From: the human T2T-CHM13v2.0 reference genome, Homo sapiens
Length of the DNA stretch: 64,000 bases
Direction: 5' to 3' (one strand)
Assembly: GCF_009914755.1 (NCBI RefSeq)
Contig: NC_060928.1
Shown: positions 40,770-56,123 of the stretch, piece by piece
Position numbering within the stretch: the stretch's first letter is position 1
How the letters are laid out: every line of letters starts with the position of its first letter
The notes under the pieces: model-generated
What the model was told of the DNA's origin: nothing
What the model saw: the letters and a program-made list of their open reading frames with translations, nothing else
The model's database searches: none
Position numbers and translations under genes: made by a program

Positions 40770-41842
40770 TATTTTTATGTGTGATTTTATTCAGTCTCAA
40801 GGCTTTAAATATCTAATTTATACCAGAGAGTCCAAAATTTATATCTGTAGCACAGTCTTAACCACTGAACTTCATAATGCTTACTTGATATCTCATAGAC
40901 ATCTTAAATGTCATATGTTCAAATGACCTCCTACTAGTCCCAGCAAAACATCTCCTCTTGTAGGGTGCCCCACCACAGTTAATGGCAATTCCATTCTTCC
41001 AGTTGCTCAAGACAAAAATCTTGGTGTCAAGGAATTTTTCTCTGTTTCTCCCATTCTACATCCTACTCATCAACAAATCCTGTTGGTATAATTTCAAAAA
41101 TTAATCAGAATCTAATCACTTCTCAGTATCTAACTATCACCAAACTGTCCCAAACCACCATCATCGTGATAGACTGTTGCAGGACCCTCTTAACTGATGC
41201 CCCTGTTTCTGTATCTTTCCCTCTGCAATCTTTTTGAAGAGCAACTTTCAGGGTTAGCCTGATACAATATCAGTCATGTCACCCCTCTGCTCACCCTTTT
41301 CATTGACTTGCCACATGACTCAGAGTAAAGGCCAGCATCCTTACAATGGCCTGCAAGGCCCTATGTGACTTGGGCCCTTTCACCTCCCTGACCTCACTGT
41401 TCACCACTTTCCTGGGGTTTGGAATGTTCCAGCTGTACTCACCTCCTTGATGTTCCTTTGATACTCTAGGTATGCTCCCAGCTCAGGGATGACAGTGTAC
41501 TCACTATTTTTAGTCCCTAGAATGTATTTCCTCCAACTATCTACATGGTTCTTCTCTTCACTTTCTTCAGATCTTTATTCAAATGTACCTTCAATGGCTA
41601 CTCTATGTAATACATCAGAATCCCACCCCAACACTTAAAATCCTTTTTTCCTACATTATATTGACTCTTCAGCAATTTTATAACATGTCATACATTTTAC
41701 TTGTTTTGCTGTTCCTTCTTTCCTCACTGGAACGTAGGTTCCATCAAAGCAGACATTTTTGCCTATTTTATTCACTTTTACATTCCCCAAATCTAAAACA
41801 GTACTTGGAACAAAGTAAATACTGAATGTTTGTTAGTGAATA
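40770..41842 (+). mobile_element. L2a LINE 3' region
   Basis: 'ggctttaaatatcta', 'aatggcaattccattcttccagttgctcaagacaaaaatcttgg', 'ccttacaatggcctgcaaggccct', end 'gtttgttagtgaat'. Confidence 0.9.
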
Positions 41843-42329
41843 ATGGGGTTTTGGAATTAATCTGATGCAACATATGGGATTCATTATTGTGACTTAAAAC
41901 AATATAGTTATCATGACAATATAATCACAAAATATAGGTATTCCACTTTCTGTAATAGCAGAGACATACTTATAGCTGAGGACAAGAAGTACAAAAAAGA
42001 TAATGTTAATATCAATACCAGCTCGAAGTTACCAGAGAGTTGATAAACAGGTAAGAGAATTACTAAGCCAACATCAGGAAAAAGAGAGAAAACTAGAGAA
42101 GTGAGCACACTTCAAGATATAGTTTTCCTTGGGGGTTATTTTTCCACTTTGGGAAGAGGCTACTGAGGGGCTGAGCATTTAAAAGTCCCGAAAAGCCCTT
42201 GAAGGGAATGCAGCTTAACTCTGTATCATTTCAGTCAATGGCATTGGATTAAGGATGTCCCAGATTACTAGAAATTTCTAAGAAATAACTTTCAATCGTT
42301 TCCAGAGGAAAACACTATTTTTCTAGAAA

Positions 42330-42693
42330 TTGAATTATTTCTACAAATAATATTTTTCAAATTAAATGTCCAACAAACTATAAAAAACATCCCCCCAGAC
42401 ATATGAGAATCCAAAATAATATGAAGTAGAATAACATAGGAACAACAGAAAAATAGAAACAGATCCACTGGGGCTCCAGATCTTGAAATTATAAGACCCA
42501 AATTTTAAAATTAGTACACTTAATATACTCAAAGAAATAAAAGATAATATTGAGAAATTTGGCAGAAAATTAGAAAATATTAAAAAGTATTGAGCAAATA
42601 TGAAAGCAGAATCAAATGAAAATTTATAGAATTTCAAAATATAGTATCTAAATTTGTAAAATCATTGGGCTGGATTAACAGCAGATTAGACAC
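42330..42693 (+). mobile_element. Old L1M 5'/ORF1 fragment
   Basis: A-rich sense strand with 'gaaacagatcca...ccagatcttgaaattat' and 'aacagcagattagacacag'. Confidence 0.7.
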
Positions 42694-42937
42694 AGTGTTT
42701 TAATTCTTTCCTCCTATCCCCTGTATCTTGCTGTCATCCATTTTGTTTATGCACAAGCATAAATATAAATATGTATAATCAAATATATTGTTGCTGTTAT
42801 TTTGAATGAATTGCTATCTGTTTGACTAAGAAAACAAACGTTTAAATTTTATCTTAATTTATTATTCTCCAACTTTATGTAGATTCAACTTTCTAATCAT
42901 CATTTTTCCTCTCTCTAAAGAATTTCTTTTAACATTT

Positions 42938-43309
42938 TGTATTAGTTCCTTCTCACACTTCTATAAAGAAATCCCTGAGACTGGGTAATTTGTAAAGAAA
43001 AGAGGTTTAATTGACTCACAGTTCCGCATGGCTGGGGAGGCCTCAAGAAACTTACTATCGTGGTGGAAGGGGAAGCAGGCACCTTCTTCACAAGGTGGCA
43101 GGAGAGAGTGTGAGCGTGTGAAGGAGGAACTTTCAAACACATAAAACCATCAAATCTAGTGAGAACTCACTTACTATCACCAGAACAGCATGGAGGAAAC
43201 CACCCCCATGATCCAATCACCTCCCACCAGGTCTCTCCCTTGACATGTGGGATTATAAGGATTACAATTCAAGATGAGATTTGGGTGGGGACACAGCCAA
43301 ACCACATCA
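42938..43309 (-). mobile_element. MaLR solo LTR THE1D-like
   Basis: 'tgtattagt...ctgagactgggtaattt...gatgagatttgggtggggacacagccaaaccacatca'; perfect TSD cattt/cattt. Confidence 0.93.
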
Positions 43310-43492
43310 CATTTGTTGCAAGGCAAGTCTCCTGGCAATGCATTTCTTCAGGTTTTGTTTATCTAAGAAAGTCTTTATTTCTCTCTTTATTTGAAGAATA
43401 ATTTCACAGAGTACGGAATTCTAGCTTGGTGGGGTTTTCCTTTCAACAGTTTAAATAGTTCAGTCCAGTCCATGAGGACTCCAGAATTATGA

Positions 43493-43950
<458 letters not shown>

Positions 43951-46701
43951 ATATTTGTTATTTTCTTAGAATTTCGATTTCACTGCTTACATGGCCTATC
44001 TGTTCTTGTATGCTGTCTACTTTATCTGTTAGATCCTTAAGCATCTTAGTTCATTCTCAATTTAAATTTCTGTGTGATAATTTCAACATCTCTGTCATCT
44101 CTAAGTCTGGTTCTGATGCTTGTTCTGTTACTTCATACTATGATTTTTTTTGCCTTTTAGTATGTCTTATAATTTTTTCTTGATAGCCAGACATGATGTA
44201 CTGCGTAAAAGGAAATGGTATGAATAGGCCTTTAGTAATGTGGTTGTAGGGAGTGTGCGAGGGAGAGGGAGAGTATTCTATAGTTCTATAATTAGGCCTT
44301 AGCCTTTTGGTGAGCTTATACCCCTGGACTGTGAATTTCACAAGCATTTTTCAATTTTCCTCCACCTTTAGATGAGGCAAGATGGCTAGAGTGAGCTGGA
44401 GTTGGGTGTTTTCTTTCCCCCAAGTCAGTTAGGCTCTGATAACACCCCAGCAGATTATGTTCTATGTCAGTGCTTAAGCAGTTTCTCCTGGGACAGACTT
44501 ATTCAGAAGAACAGAATGCACTGGTGTATTGCAAAATTGTTTCTTTTCCCCTCCCGCTGCCAGGAGCATGATGGGATTTTCCCCCAATATTTACTATGGG
44601 AATCTGGTCCAGTTTCTGGAGGTAAAACTCACAGAAATTTGGGGGCTTTCAATGACTTAGTAGGTCTGGAGTTTCATCTCTCAGATTTGTCCATACTGAG
44701 CCTCCAGCAATTCATCAATTACAGGCAACTTTCCCTACTTGAGCACTGGCTCCCAAGGAAGTTCTTGCTCATGGGGTTCAGCTCTGGCAAGCTGTGATTT
44801 TTGGCATTTGCCTGTGGGTCTCTGCAGTTTTTGGAAAGTCATCTGCTCTGTGACTACACCTCTCTGATAGATACAAGAATTATTGATTTTGCAGTTTGTT
44901 CAGCTCTTTCTTGTTGTTAGGATAGAGTGGCAAATTTCAGCTTCTTACATTCCTAAACAGAAACTGGAGGTCAGTATATACTTTTAATCATAAGATTTTA
45001 AAGCAAGGAAATATACCTTTCTTTAGAACTTCATTATTTGTATATCTGTATTATTATACCAATTCAATACATTGGTATATTATTATACCAATACCGATTC
45101 AACCTCTAAACTAACCCCTTTTCTCAGTAACCTTTTAAAATTATATTTGTGCTCCTCATTATCTATTTTCTCCTCGAATTGTAACTCACCAATGGGAGGG
45201 ACACTATCTGATCTTTCCTGTGTACCCTGAGGACCTAGGTATTACAGGTTCTGAGCTTTTTCTTTACTGAATCTGGCATATTCCTGGAGGTCCGGGATTT
45301 GGAAGGACAAGGACATTATCATGCCCACACAAATTCTGTACAAAAGTAAGCTATTTCAGATGAGAATCTTGTCTGGATTTGGGTTGTAGACAGAGGAGTG
45401 CTAAATTTAAGAAACTTTCTGGGAGTTGGAAAGCTATGGTGGTTTGAAAATATGTGGTAGCTTTTCAGGATCTATAAGCTATATGAACAGTGTAATTTTG
45501 GTAGCATAAAGTAAACTCAAAGCTTCTTCCCTCCATTACTAAGGTCAATCCTGACCAATGGTTTGAGGACTTGCATTTGTGTAGGCAACTTTTCACTTTC
45601 CTCTCTCTCTCTTTCCCTTTTTGGTCACCTAGAATTAAAGAGGGAGAGAGGACACTAGTAGGAAAAGGGTAAATGCCCCTAATGTGATTGGTCTTGTAGT
45701 GAACTGGATATTGGTGGCTCTGTATAGATATATTATATAGCGATCTTACTTGGTATTAAGTTTATTTGATTTGATACAAGAGAAAAATTTTTTAAGTTTA
45801 CCAATTAAATTTGTAAAGAGACTTTGGCAAATTTAAAACTCTTTTGGAAGAACAATATGAATTTTAGGTTTTGACTTACAGTCAAAGATAATGCTTTCAC
45901 AAGACCCAGAAAATAAGGTTGCAGAAACTGCCTTCCCGCATTTGATGCAATTAAAGGTTTCTGGCATAAAGTGTTTAACATTTGAGCCTCTAGGCAAATG
46001 GCCAGGACTAAGCAAAATCAATGGCCATGGACATGATCCCATTTTATTGCTTAAAGAGCCAGCCTGTGCAGTGTGGTTAGATTCATTTTAGGGAGTCCTG
46101 GAAGGCTCCAAATGAAAATTGTTTTTATCCCTAGACTTTTGCCACAATGTCTTTTAATTGTGCCCTCTCCTATTGTGCTGGTATCAACTCCTGCCCAGTG
46201 TCACAACCTTGCCCACATGGGTCAGCTCTTGGCGGGGCACTTCCTGCACTTCTCAACTGGACAGTACTCGCCTGCTCAGGGTGTCCTCTTCCAGCTCAGG
46301 TCCCTGACTGAGCTGGCACTCCTTCTGCCACTTTACCAGTCAAATAAGAAACTGTCATTAGAAACAGGACAAGACTTATTACACAAGTCCCTTCTATCTC
46401 TACAGAATCCCAAGGGGAGTGCTCCTTAATAGCAGGTGGGAAATTAATGCTACTATATTTAATAAATGATTGTGACATATACAAGAGCCCAAGAGGAACC
46501 AGGAGGTTGCCAGTGCAGACAAGGAAATAGATGTATTTGTACCTATAAAAAATTTTATGTGCTATCTATGGAAGAATATATGCAATTTGGGGCAGCAATA
46601 TTAAACAATTTCGGAAATTACATAAATTTTAGAATATTATAGGAAGAAATATAGAAATTCAATAAATTAAATCAGACAGAATATTTTCTAGGCATAGATA
46701 A

Positions 46702-47163
<462 letters not shown>

Positions 47164-47799
47164 TGAGAGAATAAAGAGGAACAATTATTTAAGTGTTAAC
47201 AGTAGAATAAATACAGAGAAACCTTTAAATAAGACCTGTTTTGGAACTGACAATCTATGTGCTTTAGGCATCTGTTAAAAATTATCTGTGAGGATTAGAC
47301 TTTGAGCTAGGAAGTCAAGGTTGCTTGATTCTTAAACAATAGAAAATCACACTGGAAGAACAAACTGCTATTTATGCCAGAGCCATGAAGCCCTCCAATG
47401 TTTGGATTAAATGGAAACACATAATAAATTAGGAAGAAAATGAAACTCATCCCAAAGTAATTGAATTTATTGCTTCGCAGTACTTGAGAACACAGTGCAT
47501 CTTACGTTCAAATCAGTTTCCCAAGGTGATCAATAAGACACACAGGAATTTAAAAAATAAAAACAATAATGTCTGGAACTATAGGATTAACCATTTTATA
47601 ATGGAAAGAAAAGAGGGCATAGTTTTAAGCCCCCTTCCGACGCTGGCCTGCTGTGTTAGGATGGGCACATATCACAGATCTACAGTCATTCCTGAGCCCT
47701 CCTTTGCCCTCATGTACTACAGTCCATTGCTCAGCAGGCCCTGCTAATGTCACTCATTTAACATCTCAAGTCTATTTACTCCTCCCCACCCCTCTGTCT

Positions 47800-48375
47800 T
47801 TATCTTGTCCCTTTCTCCACATCTACTCTCCACATAGCAGTGGAAATTCCAAATTGTAAATTTGTTTTATTTAATGGTTTAAAACTTTTCAGTGAATCCC
47901 TCTTACTCTCTGAATCACATTCAGATGTCTTAGCCTGCCCTTCGTGGCCTGCCCCACCCACTGGAGATTTGGCTTTCCCAATCTCACGTCCAGCCACACC
48001 CCGCTTTCTGTCCAGCAGCTCTGCCCACTGTTGCTGTGCACCTTTGCACAAGCCCCAGATATCCTTGGCTCTTCCCTTCCCTTTCCCCTGTGCGCTCTGT
48101 CACCTGAAACTCATCCTTCCACACTTGGCGTGGATATCGTTCTCTCTAGGGAGGCTTGGCTGCAGCCCCTTCCCTCCCCAGCCCAGGTAGACCCTCTTCC
48201 CCTGTGCTCCCCTGATGATCTGTGGGTTGCTCTCCCTGGGACAGCACAGCACATGCTTCTTCTTCCAAAGGGAACACTCTTTGAGGGAAGGAACTGTGTC
48301 TTGCTGACTGTCCCGATCTGTATTGTCCAGCACAGTGTGGCACATGGGGCATCCATAAATATTCACTGAATGAAT
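47800..48375 (+). mobile_element. L2 3' fragment
   Basis: 'ctctttgagggaaggaactgtgtc...cagcacagtgtggcacat...ataaatattcactgaatgaat'. Confidence 0.75.
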
Positions 48376-48612
48376 TAATATATAGTTGCGATTTTATAAT
48401 AATAGCATGAGGTCCCCATGCCCAAGAAAGAGTATAGGAAACACGAGACCACATTAAAATACCATGGCAAGTAAGCTCCAGAGAAGTTATATTGAAAGAG
48501 AGTCAGGGTTTAAGATCGTCTCACAGGCCCGTTCCGTGGGACTTGAAGTTTTTGAGAGTTTCCCTGAAGGGTAAATGCAAACCTCTGCTTGAGTTTTTAT
48601 TAAGAATGTCTG

Positions 48613-49393
<781 letters not shown>

Positions 49394-51759
49394 TTAAAGT
49401 AATACAACCATTCAATATAAACTTTCAGATGTAACCTCTATATGTCTAGAAATTTATATTTACATATGTGCGAGTATGTACATAAATACTAACAAAAATA
49501 CAGACATGCCCATGCTATGTATTACTCCACTAACTGGGGAACTGAGCACGTGGAAAGGAAAGCCACAGTGTCAGACATCCATTCTTGCTTCCGTGGGTCC
49601 CGGTGGAGGTGGTGTGTTCCTGGAACTGATGGATGTAGCATGGCTTCTGGTTTGTACATCTTCTTTATCACTGTGGGGGCAGCAGTGGCCTTGGCAGTCG
49701 GACCCTCCTGAGTGGTTTTTTTTGGTGTCCCTTAGAGCGTTTTTTATTATCCCCAACAATGATTCAGTAAACTGTTTATTCTGCTGTAATTTCTCATTCT
49801 TATTAAACTAGCTAGGTGGTTTTCTATTTTCTGCTGTTGAACTTAGACTTACACCTTCCTTTTCTTGCCAACCTCTCTAATGTCTGAGTGATTTTCTGAA
49901 GGCCACCATCACTTTATTTTGGAACATGGGGAGAAAGAATGCTCTTCTCTGATGGAGGCTCAAGGAACAAGCCACATTGCATCCCTGTAGGCTTACAATC
50001 TACTGAATGATTCTCTTTTCTCATCCTCTTCTCTTGTCTTTGGAGACAATGAGGATAATGTTTGGGCATAGCAGAACCAGTGGAGATACCACTTAATAAC
50101 TCTGGAAGGAGTGTCTGTCGTCAACTATTTTGTCACTTTCTATCATGAGATGTATTTTACATCTTTAAGTCCTCAGCTTTGGGTCCCAGTTGCCAACAGT
50201 AAGGCAAAGAAGTTCCATGCAACATCTGTTTTAAGGGGTATTGGAGACTTACTAGTCCGAAAGTATCTTGGCACTTGGCTTCCTTATTTTTTTTTTTCAG
50301 TAGAAATAAAGTGAAGTGAGCTGATCATAGAATGTACAACACTAGGTGAGTGTTTGCAGGTGGAGAATGAGGGGGTCATGACAAAAAATACTTTGCAGGT
50401 CACTGCTTTGAATAATAGGTGGTGTGATTTCCTGAGATAGGGAACACGGGAGGGATGACAGTGAGGCAAGGTCACAAGTATCCTTTTGGACAAACCTGAG
50501 GTGCCTGTGAGCAGTGTCAATGGAAATGGCAGTAGGGCAGGAGGTAAGAAGAGAGGCTGGGCTAAAGAGAGGACACTGGAAGTTGTCAATATTTAAAACT
50601 GGGCAGATGAGACTGTCTAGGAAGAAGAAAAGAAGGAAGTGAAGGGAGAAAGTAATTGCTCTTGTTATTGTTTTTGTTTTAAATAGAACAAATTTATGAT
50701 GTTAGAATGTTCATAGGAAGAAATGGGTAGTGAGGGAGCAGTTGAAGATATGGTGGCTGGAGTGAGATCTTTAAGATGGAAGAAGAAATACAATTTAGCA
50801 GATGTGAAGAACTGGCCTATAGTTGGCTAAGGGACACCTTTTTTTTTCCTATTATATGAGAAAAGGAAGGTTGAAGGAGTTCCCATCTGGTAGCTGCAGT
50901 TCTATAAGAACTCAGGAGCTCAATGTCAGTTTGGCACCTCAGAATTCTGTGTCCTTTTCCTGAAGTTATGAAATAACATGGTTCATGTTTATATGGTTTT
51001 TGAGCAGAAATTTTTATCAATAGCTCTTTCTATATTATCTTTTAGAAGTCTGTATTTCCTGGGGATGGAGATACTAATCTAAATCCTTATACATGCCAGG
51101 ACCCTCAGTGAATCAAATAAAAAAAACTTCAAAGGTCGAAAAGCTTCATACTACATAACACATTGAAGCTAAACTGAAGGAGACAAAATGATACACTTCA
51201 TAGTAATTACTAGCAGATTTTATTTTAAACAGAGCTAATTCTCACTGAAGGAAAATATAACCTTTTATACCTTCTTACTAACTTGTTTTTCAAATGCCAC
51301 CCACTGGCATTTGAATGCTGACATTATTTAGGCAGAAAACTAATGAACTTTTTAAAATTGTAGAGCCCATGCTTAAGGCTGAGATAGAAAAGCTACTATG
51401 AAGTTGCTGGAAAACCACAGCAAAAAGATTGGAACATTGACCACAGGGGAGGTGAGTCATCTGCAGGGAAACATTTTCCTCAGGGATGCAGGGCCCTGAT
51501 GTACACAGGCAAGGCTGGTGCTGTGCTTGCCGAGTCACTGCCAAAGTCCCCAGCACTTTTACCACCAAGGAGTGGAACTGTCTTTCACTAAGGATGGGTT
51601 TGCTGTATTCGGGCCACTTAACATGAGCATTAAAAGGATTAATCAACTACTATTAACAACAAAGAGAAGGGGAGGAATGGGGGAAGATTCCTTCACACTT
51701 GAGTCCCAGTTTCCAAAGCACATTCCCTCTATAAGGAGTCTTACTCATTTTCTTATTCA

Positions 51760-52120
51760 GTTCACAACCACATCACTCATTTCCGCAGGGCCCTGTCCAA
51801 TAGGCCTGATCAAAGGCGGAGGCATCGTGCAGTCCTGGAGATCTAATCCTGATGAGTTTATGATGCTTTTGGGAAAAGAAGACTTAGATAAATGAAACAA
51901 CTAAAGAAAAGTTTAAGGCCACAGCTAAGTATTAAATTGTGAGGAGTTGAACTGACTAAATGCTATAAAGGTTCAGCAGAATGATTAATTAGGGTAGCTT
52001 TGGACATGAAGGAAGATTTTGTGGAAGGAATGAGTCTTGAAGAAAGGTGTAGATCTGAGATGTTTAGAAAGGAGGAGGGCAGAATTTCAAGCAGGAGGAA
52101 TATTGTGACTCAGGGTTCTC
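51760..52120 (-). mobile_element. L2 fragment (diverged)
   Basis: 'tgctataaaggttcag', 'ggaagattttgtggaagg', 'gaatttcaagcaggaggaa'. Confidence 0.55.
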
Positions 52121-54926
52121 AGGAGCAGGTGCTTAGGAAGCCCCTCCCTGGTGATCAGCCCACCTCTGGGGACCCGGTAAGCAGGAAGTGGCGAAAGGGA
52201 AGGAGCCTGTAAAAGGATCTGGGGAAACACAGTGTTGTAGGAACCCAGCCCAGGCAAACCCAATCTCTGGTTTTCTCCTGCCCCTTCTGATTGATTAATT
52301 CAGCAATTAACAAGTCTATAGTGCTTATTGACTTATTGTTTATTCATTCCCTTTAGTAACAAAAAATAGAAGGGATTCTAGAATATCATCTGGCTCCATT
52401 GCCTGTGCTTCAACGCAGGTTGTTGATCAGGACCTCTCTCTGAAAGAAAGTGATATAGGAAAAGAAGAGAGGAAAACAGGCATAACAAGAAACTGGAAGA
52501 CTAGACTCCTGTGACCATATGGGTAACCTCCCACGGCCAGGATTGACTGTTGGGAATTGAGGATCACGTCGGGCTGTGTGAATCTCTGGGTTTGTTAGTT
52601 CTTAGTTCAAACGGGAGAATTATGTCCAGGCGTCTTGACAAGTCATGCTGTTTTGGAGCACTGTAGTTCTGAGTATTGGATTAGTCTATGGGGAGTGAGA
52701 AAGTGTTTTTGATAGTACTGCAGACATTTTGCCAAAATTTACTAATTTTTCAGGGACACTGTGTTGCAGTGAACCTACCACTACAAATTGACCAGCTATG
52801 TCTGTTGGCATGATTTACTCTCCCAGCTAAGCAAAAGTCAACCTATTTTCTTACATTTTTAAAAAATTTATCTCACCATTCCACTTGAATACTTCTTTCA
52901 CCATAATTTCTTTATATTCTTACTTTTTTGCAATATTATATGTATTTCTGTAAATCACTTCAAATCTTCTTTTCTTTTTTGGAAGGAAGGAAAATATAAA
53001 TATGTAAACAAAACATTTTTAATCCCTTCTTTAGTTAAAATAAGGAATTCTGAGGAAAAAAATAATAAAAACATCTAAAATAGTCACCTGCTAAGAGGTG
53101 AGGTAGGATTAAACTAATCCCTGCAATCTATTTCTTGATTCTCAAGACAAATAATTTGCATTTCTTTGATGCATTCTAATATCTGACAGTGCTCATTGTC
53201 AAGAATCTACGTTTTGCTTAAATTCCTAGATCACATTTTAATAGGAGTAAGTTCTTTTTGACTTTGTCTCCAGGGTGTTTTTCCTCCTTGTTTCCAGCTG
53301 TAGGTCTCCCAGTTTGAAAGTCATGTACAGGAGACGCTCCTACTTCATCTGGTAAGTCCCTTAGGCCTGGAGTGGTAGGGACTCCTATCCAGTGAGGTTA
53401 TTTGGAGTGTGTAGACTTAAACCTGAGGACCATTACGTCTGCTCACTGAGCAACTTGCCAGGCAGGATCCTGAGGTTTGCAAGATGGCTGGTTCCAGGCT
53501 CCTAGGGTTCAGGCAAGTTGTCTCCAGATTTCCACAGGGCCAGAGTCAGTTCTGGGGGCATCTGGACTTTTGCAGGGTGCCCCTTTGAGGGCCATGTATT
53601 CCAGCACCAGGGTCTCCTATGAGGTCCCTCAGGGACAGGATCAGATATCCTCCCTTCTTCTCATCTTTCCCTCCAATTCTCTTTCTGGGTTTCCACTCCA
53701 TTGCTCTTTAGACTTTGATCCTCCATTGTACAAGGCACACAAAACGTGTTAACCCTTTTGCTATGGTAAAGCAGAACCAGTTCTTAGAAACAAAGAACTA
53801 ATATCTTAGAAACTCTCCAGGAGAGGAAATGAGAAGCACTGATCACATCTTGGTGAGACACTCTTTCCCTAGGAAGGAGAGCATAATTTAGTTGAGGAAA
53901 CAAAACAACAGACACCCACCCCAAGTAATGCTTTTATGAAGTTCTGACTACCAAGGAAGAGGAGCAGAATTGAATGGCATTCTGATTTTGTTATAAGAGC
54001 ACATCATAAGTTTAGAGATGATTGATTATTAAAAATCATACCATAGCATCCTCCTTTTCTCTAGGCACACTGAGCACGGTTTGTTTGTTTTTCTGCCTTT
54101 AAAAAATTAGATATTTCCCAAAGTTGTTCATCTTGATTTTTAAAATTCAATTTCCTTCCCCAAATCCTCATATCTGTCTTTAAAATTAGGTCCAATACTT
54201 GGTGCTCCATGAAAGCTCTGTTTGATGCTGAGGGACAAAGCAAGGTCATGTCAGGGTTTTAAATGCCATTTAGGTAACCACTTACTTGTTGCAGAATTTA
54301 GTTTCATAATTTTTATAGCTGTACTGCTTTGATAAGTCATGCTCAGCCCTGCCTATGACATCTAGAGAGTCAACCCTTCTTCAAGGCACCAGCATCTCAG
54401 ATTGCTTCATTCTATTCCTATATAAGTATTTCCTGGGGCTATAATTGCCTGAGCATATGGTGAGAGTATAATGTGATGAAATAATACATCACAAGCTGAT
54501 CCTAATCACCTATCCTTAATCCATTACTTCCAGATCACTGGGGCGTGATTTCTAAGGCATTTTTTCAAGCTTGCTCAGTTTCTGAGTTCTTTAGATATCA
54601 TACAATTGCTTTCAGTAAATCTGCATTTCTAGCACCAATACAGCCATCAGGACTGTCACGTTGTGGACTTCTTTGCCTTTTCTGGGTCACAAGGGCTGTT
54701 GTCCTTTGGGCAAGAAGCTTCTGCCCAAATGGCTGAATGCTGAGATTGAGAAAGTGCAGCAGCTCCCACCTTAGGGAAACCACATCCCAGGGTTCTTCAC
54801 GCCTGTGCTGCTGCCGTGGGTCAGTTTGATGGTTTTTAAACTTCTACCCTGGCACTCCACCTGTTTTAGTTAATGTATATATTTGGCTGTAAGTTCCATG
54901 AACCCTTCCTTAAAGATGGCTTAGCC

Positions 54927-55072
54927 TCGGGAGGCTGAGGCAGAGAATTGCTTCAACCCAGGAGGTGGAGGTTGCAGTGAGCCGAGATCGCGCCACTGCA
55001 CTCCAGCCTGTGTGACAGAGCAAGACTCTGTCTCAAAAAACAAAACAAAACAAAACAAAACCAAAAAAAAAA
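54927..55072 (+). mobile_element. 5'-truncated Alu (partial right arm) with (CAAAA)n tail
   Basis: Perfect 15-bp TSD AAAGATGGCTTAGCC at 54912-54926 and 55073-55087. Confidence 0.95.
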
Positions 55073-55605
55073 AAAGATGGCTTAGCCAAATCCAAATCCA
55101 GGTTTGTTTGCCCCCTAACAAGGCTGAGGGTGGGTGGTTGGTTGTTAGCGTTGGTTCAGCTGTAGCCAGCACTGCCAGGTTCTTAGTTCTGCCCTTCTTA
55201 GTTCTGCTGCCTTTCAGTCTCACAGTTTTTGTCTCATAGTTCCCAAGTGGAATCTGCAGTACCAGATGTAATGTCAATGAGCTACGTTCACAGGCAGGAG
55301 AGCCGAAGGTCAGCAGTACCTTCACCCTTTCCTAGAAATCTGAAGCTGTACTTTGTCAGCCACGTCTTTGGCCACACCCACTTGCAAGGGAGGCTGGGAA
55401 AGAGATGGCTGTTTGAGCACCCAACCAGCAGTGCTGCAAATCAAACAAAAGGAGGCATTCTAAGGTCTTTATTTGAGGCAATCCCTATACTGAAGCTGAT
55501 GCTGACTTGGAGAGTCCCACAAATTATGAGACAGTGTTGGTCTCCACTACTGAAGATGAAAATGCCGGATACCCACCTCATTTGCAGCTATGGCATGGGA
55601 ATCTC

Positions 55606-55606
55606 T

Positions 55607-55666
<60 letters not shown>
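55606..55666 (+). repeat. (GA)n microsatellite within a diverged MLT1-like LTR
   Basis: Direct inspection; flanking 'ccagctgcactggaagccag', 'ttttctgacacttgtaacca'. Confidence 0.9.
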
Positions 55667-55671
<5 letters not shown>

Positions 55672-56123
55672 AACTTGTATCCAGCTGCACTGGAAGCCAG
55701 CCTTACTCCCTACCCCTCACCCCATTTTTTTTCTTTAAGACAATCTAGGTTGAGTTTTCTGACACTTGTAACCAAATACATCTTAATTAATACATATATA
55801 CAATACTTTTTTTTCTTTTTCTGGTGTAAAATAATAAAATTATTTCCCCTAGTATTCTTTTTGTTGCTAACCATTTTATTATTTTGCGAGACCAGCTAAA
55901 ACTTCAAATCCCTTAGTCTTCTTTCTTTTCATGTGCCCCGCCACCAAAAAATCTATAGTGTCTGTGTTGCCTTGATGACCTTTAGTTCATAAGATAAATC
56001 ATGAACAAACATAAAATTACACCTACAATAAAGTTACCCGAAGCTTCTCTCTCTTCCCATTCCCATATTTCACACCACATACTTTTGTACATTGACCTTG
56101 TTTCAGAGACTATTTAGGGGACA

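Noticed and set aside
47800-48454. Cluster of overlapping ORFs on both strands
   Set aside because: A GC-richer decayed L2 region with few stop codons.
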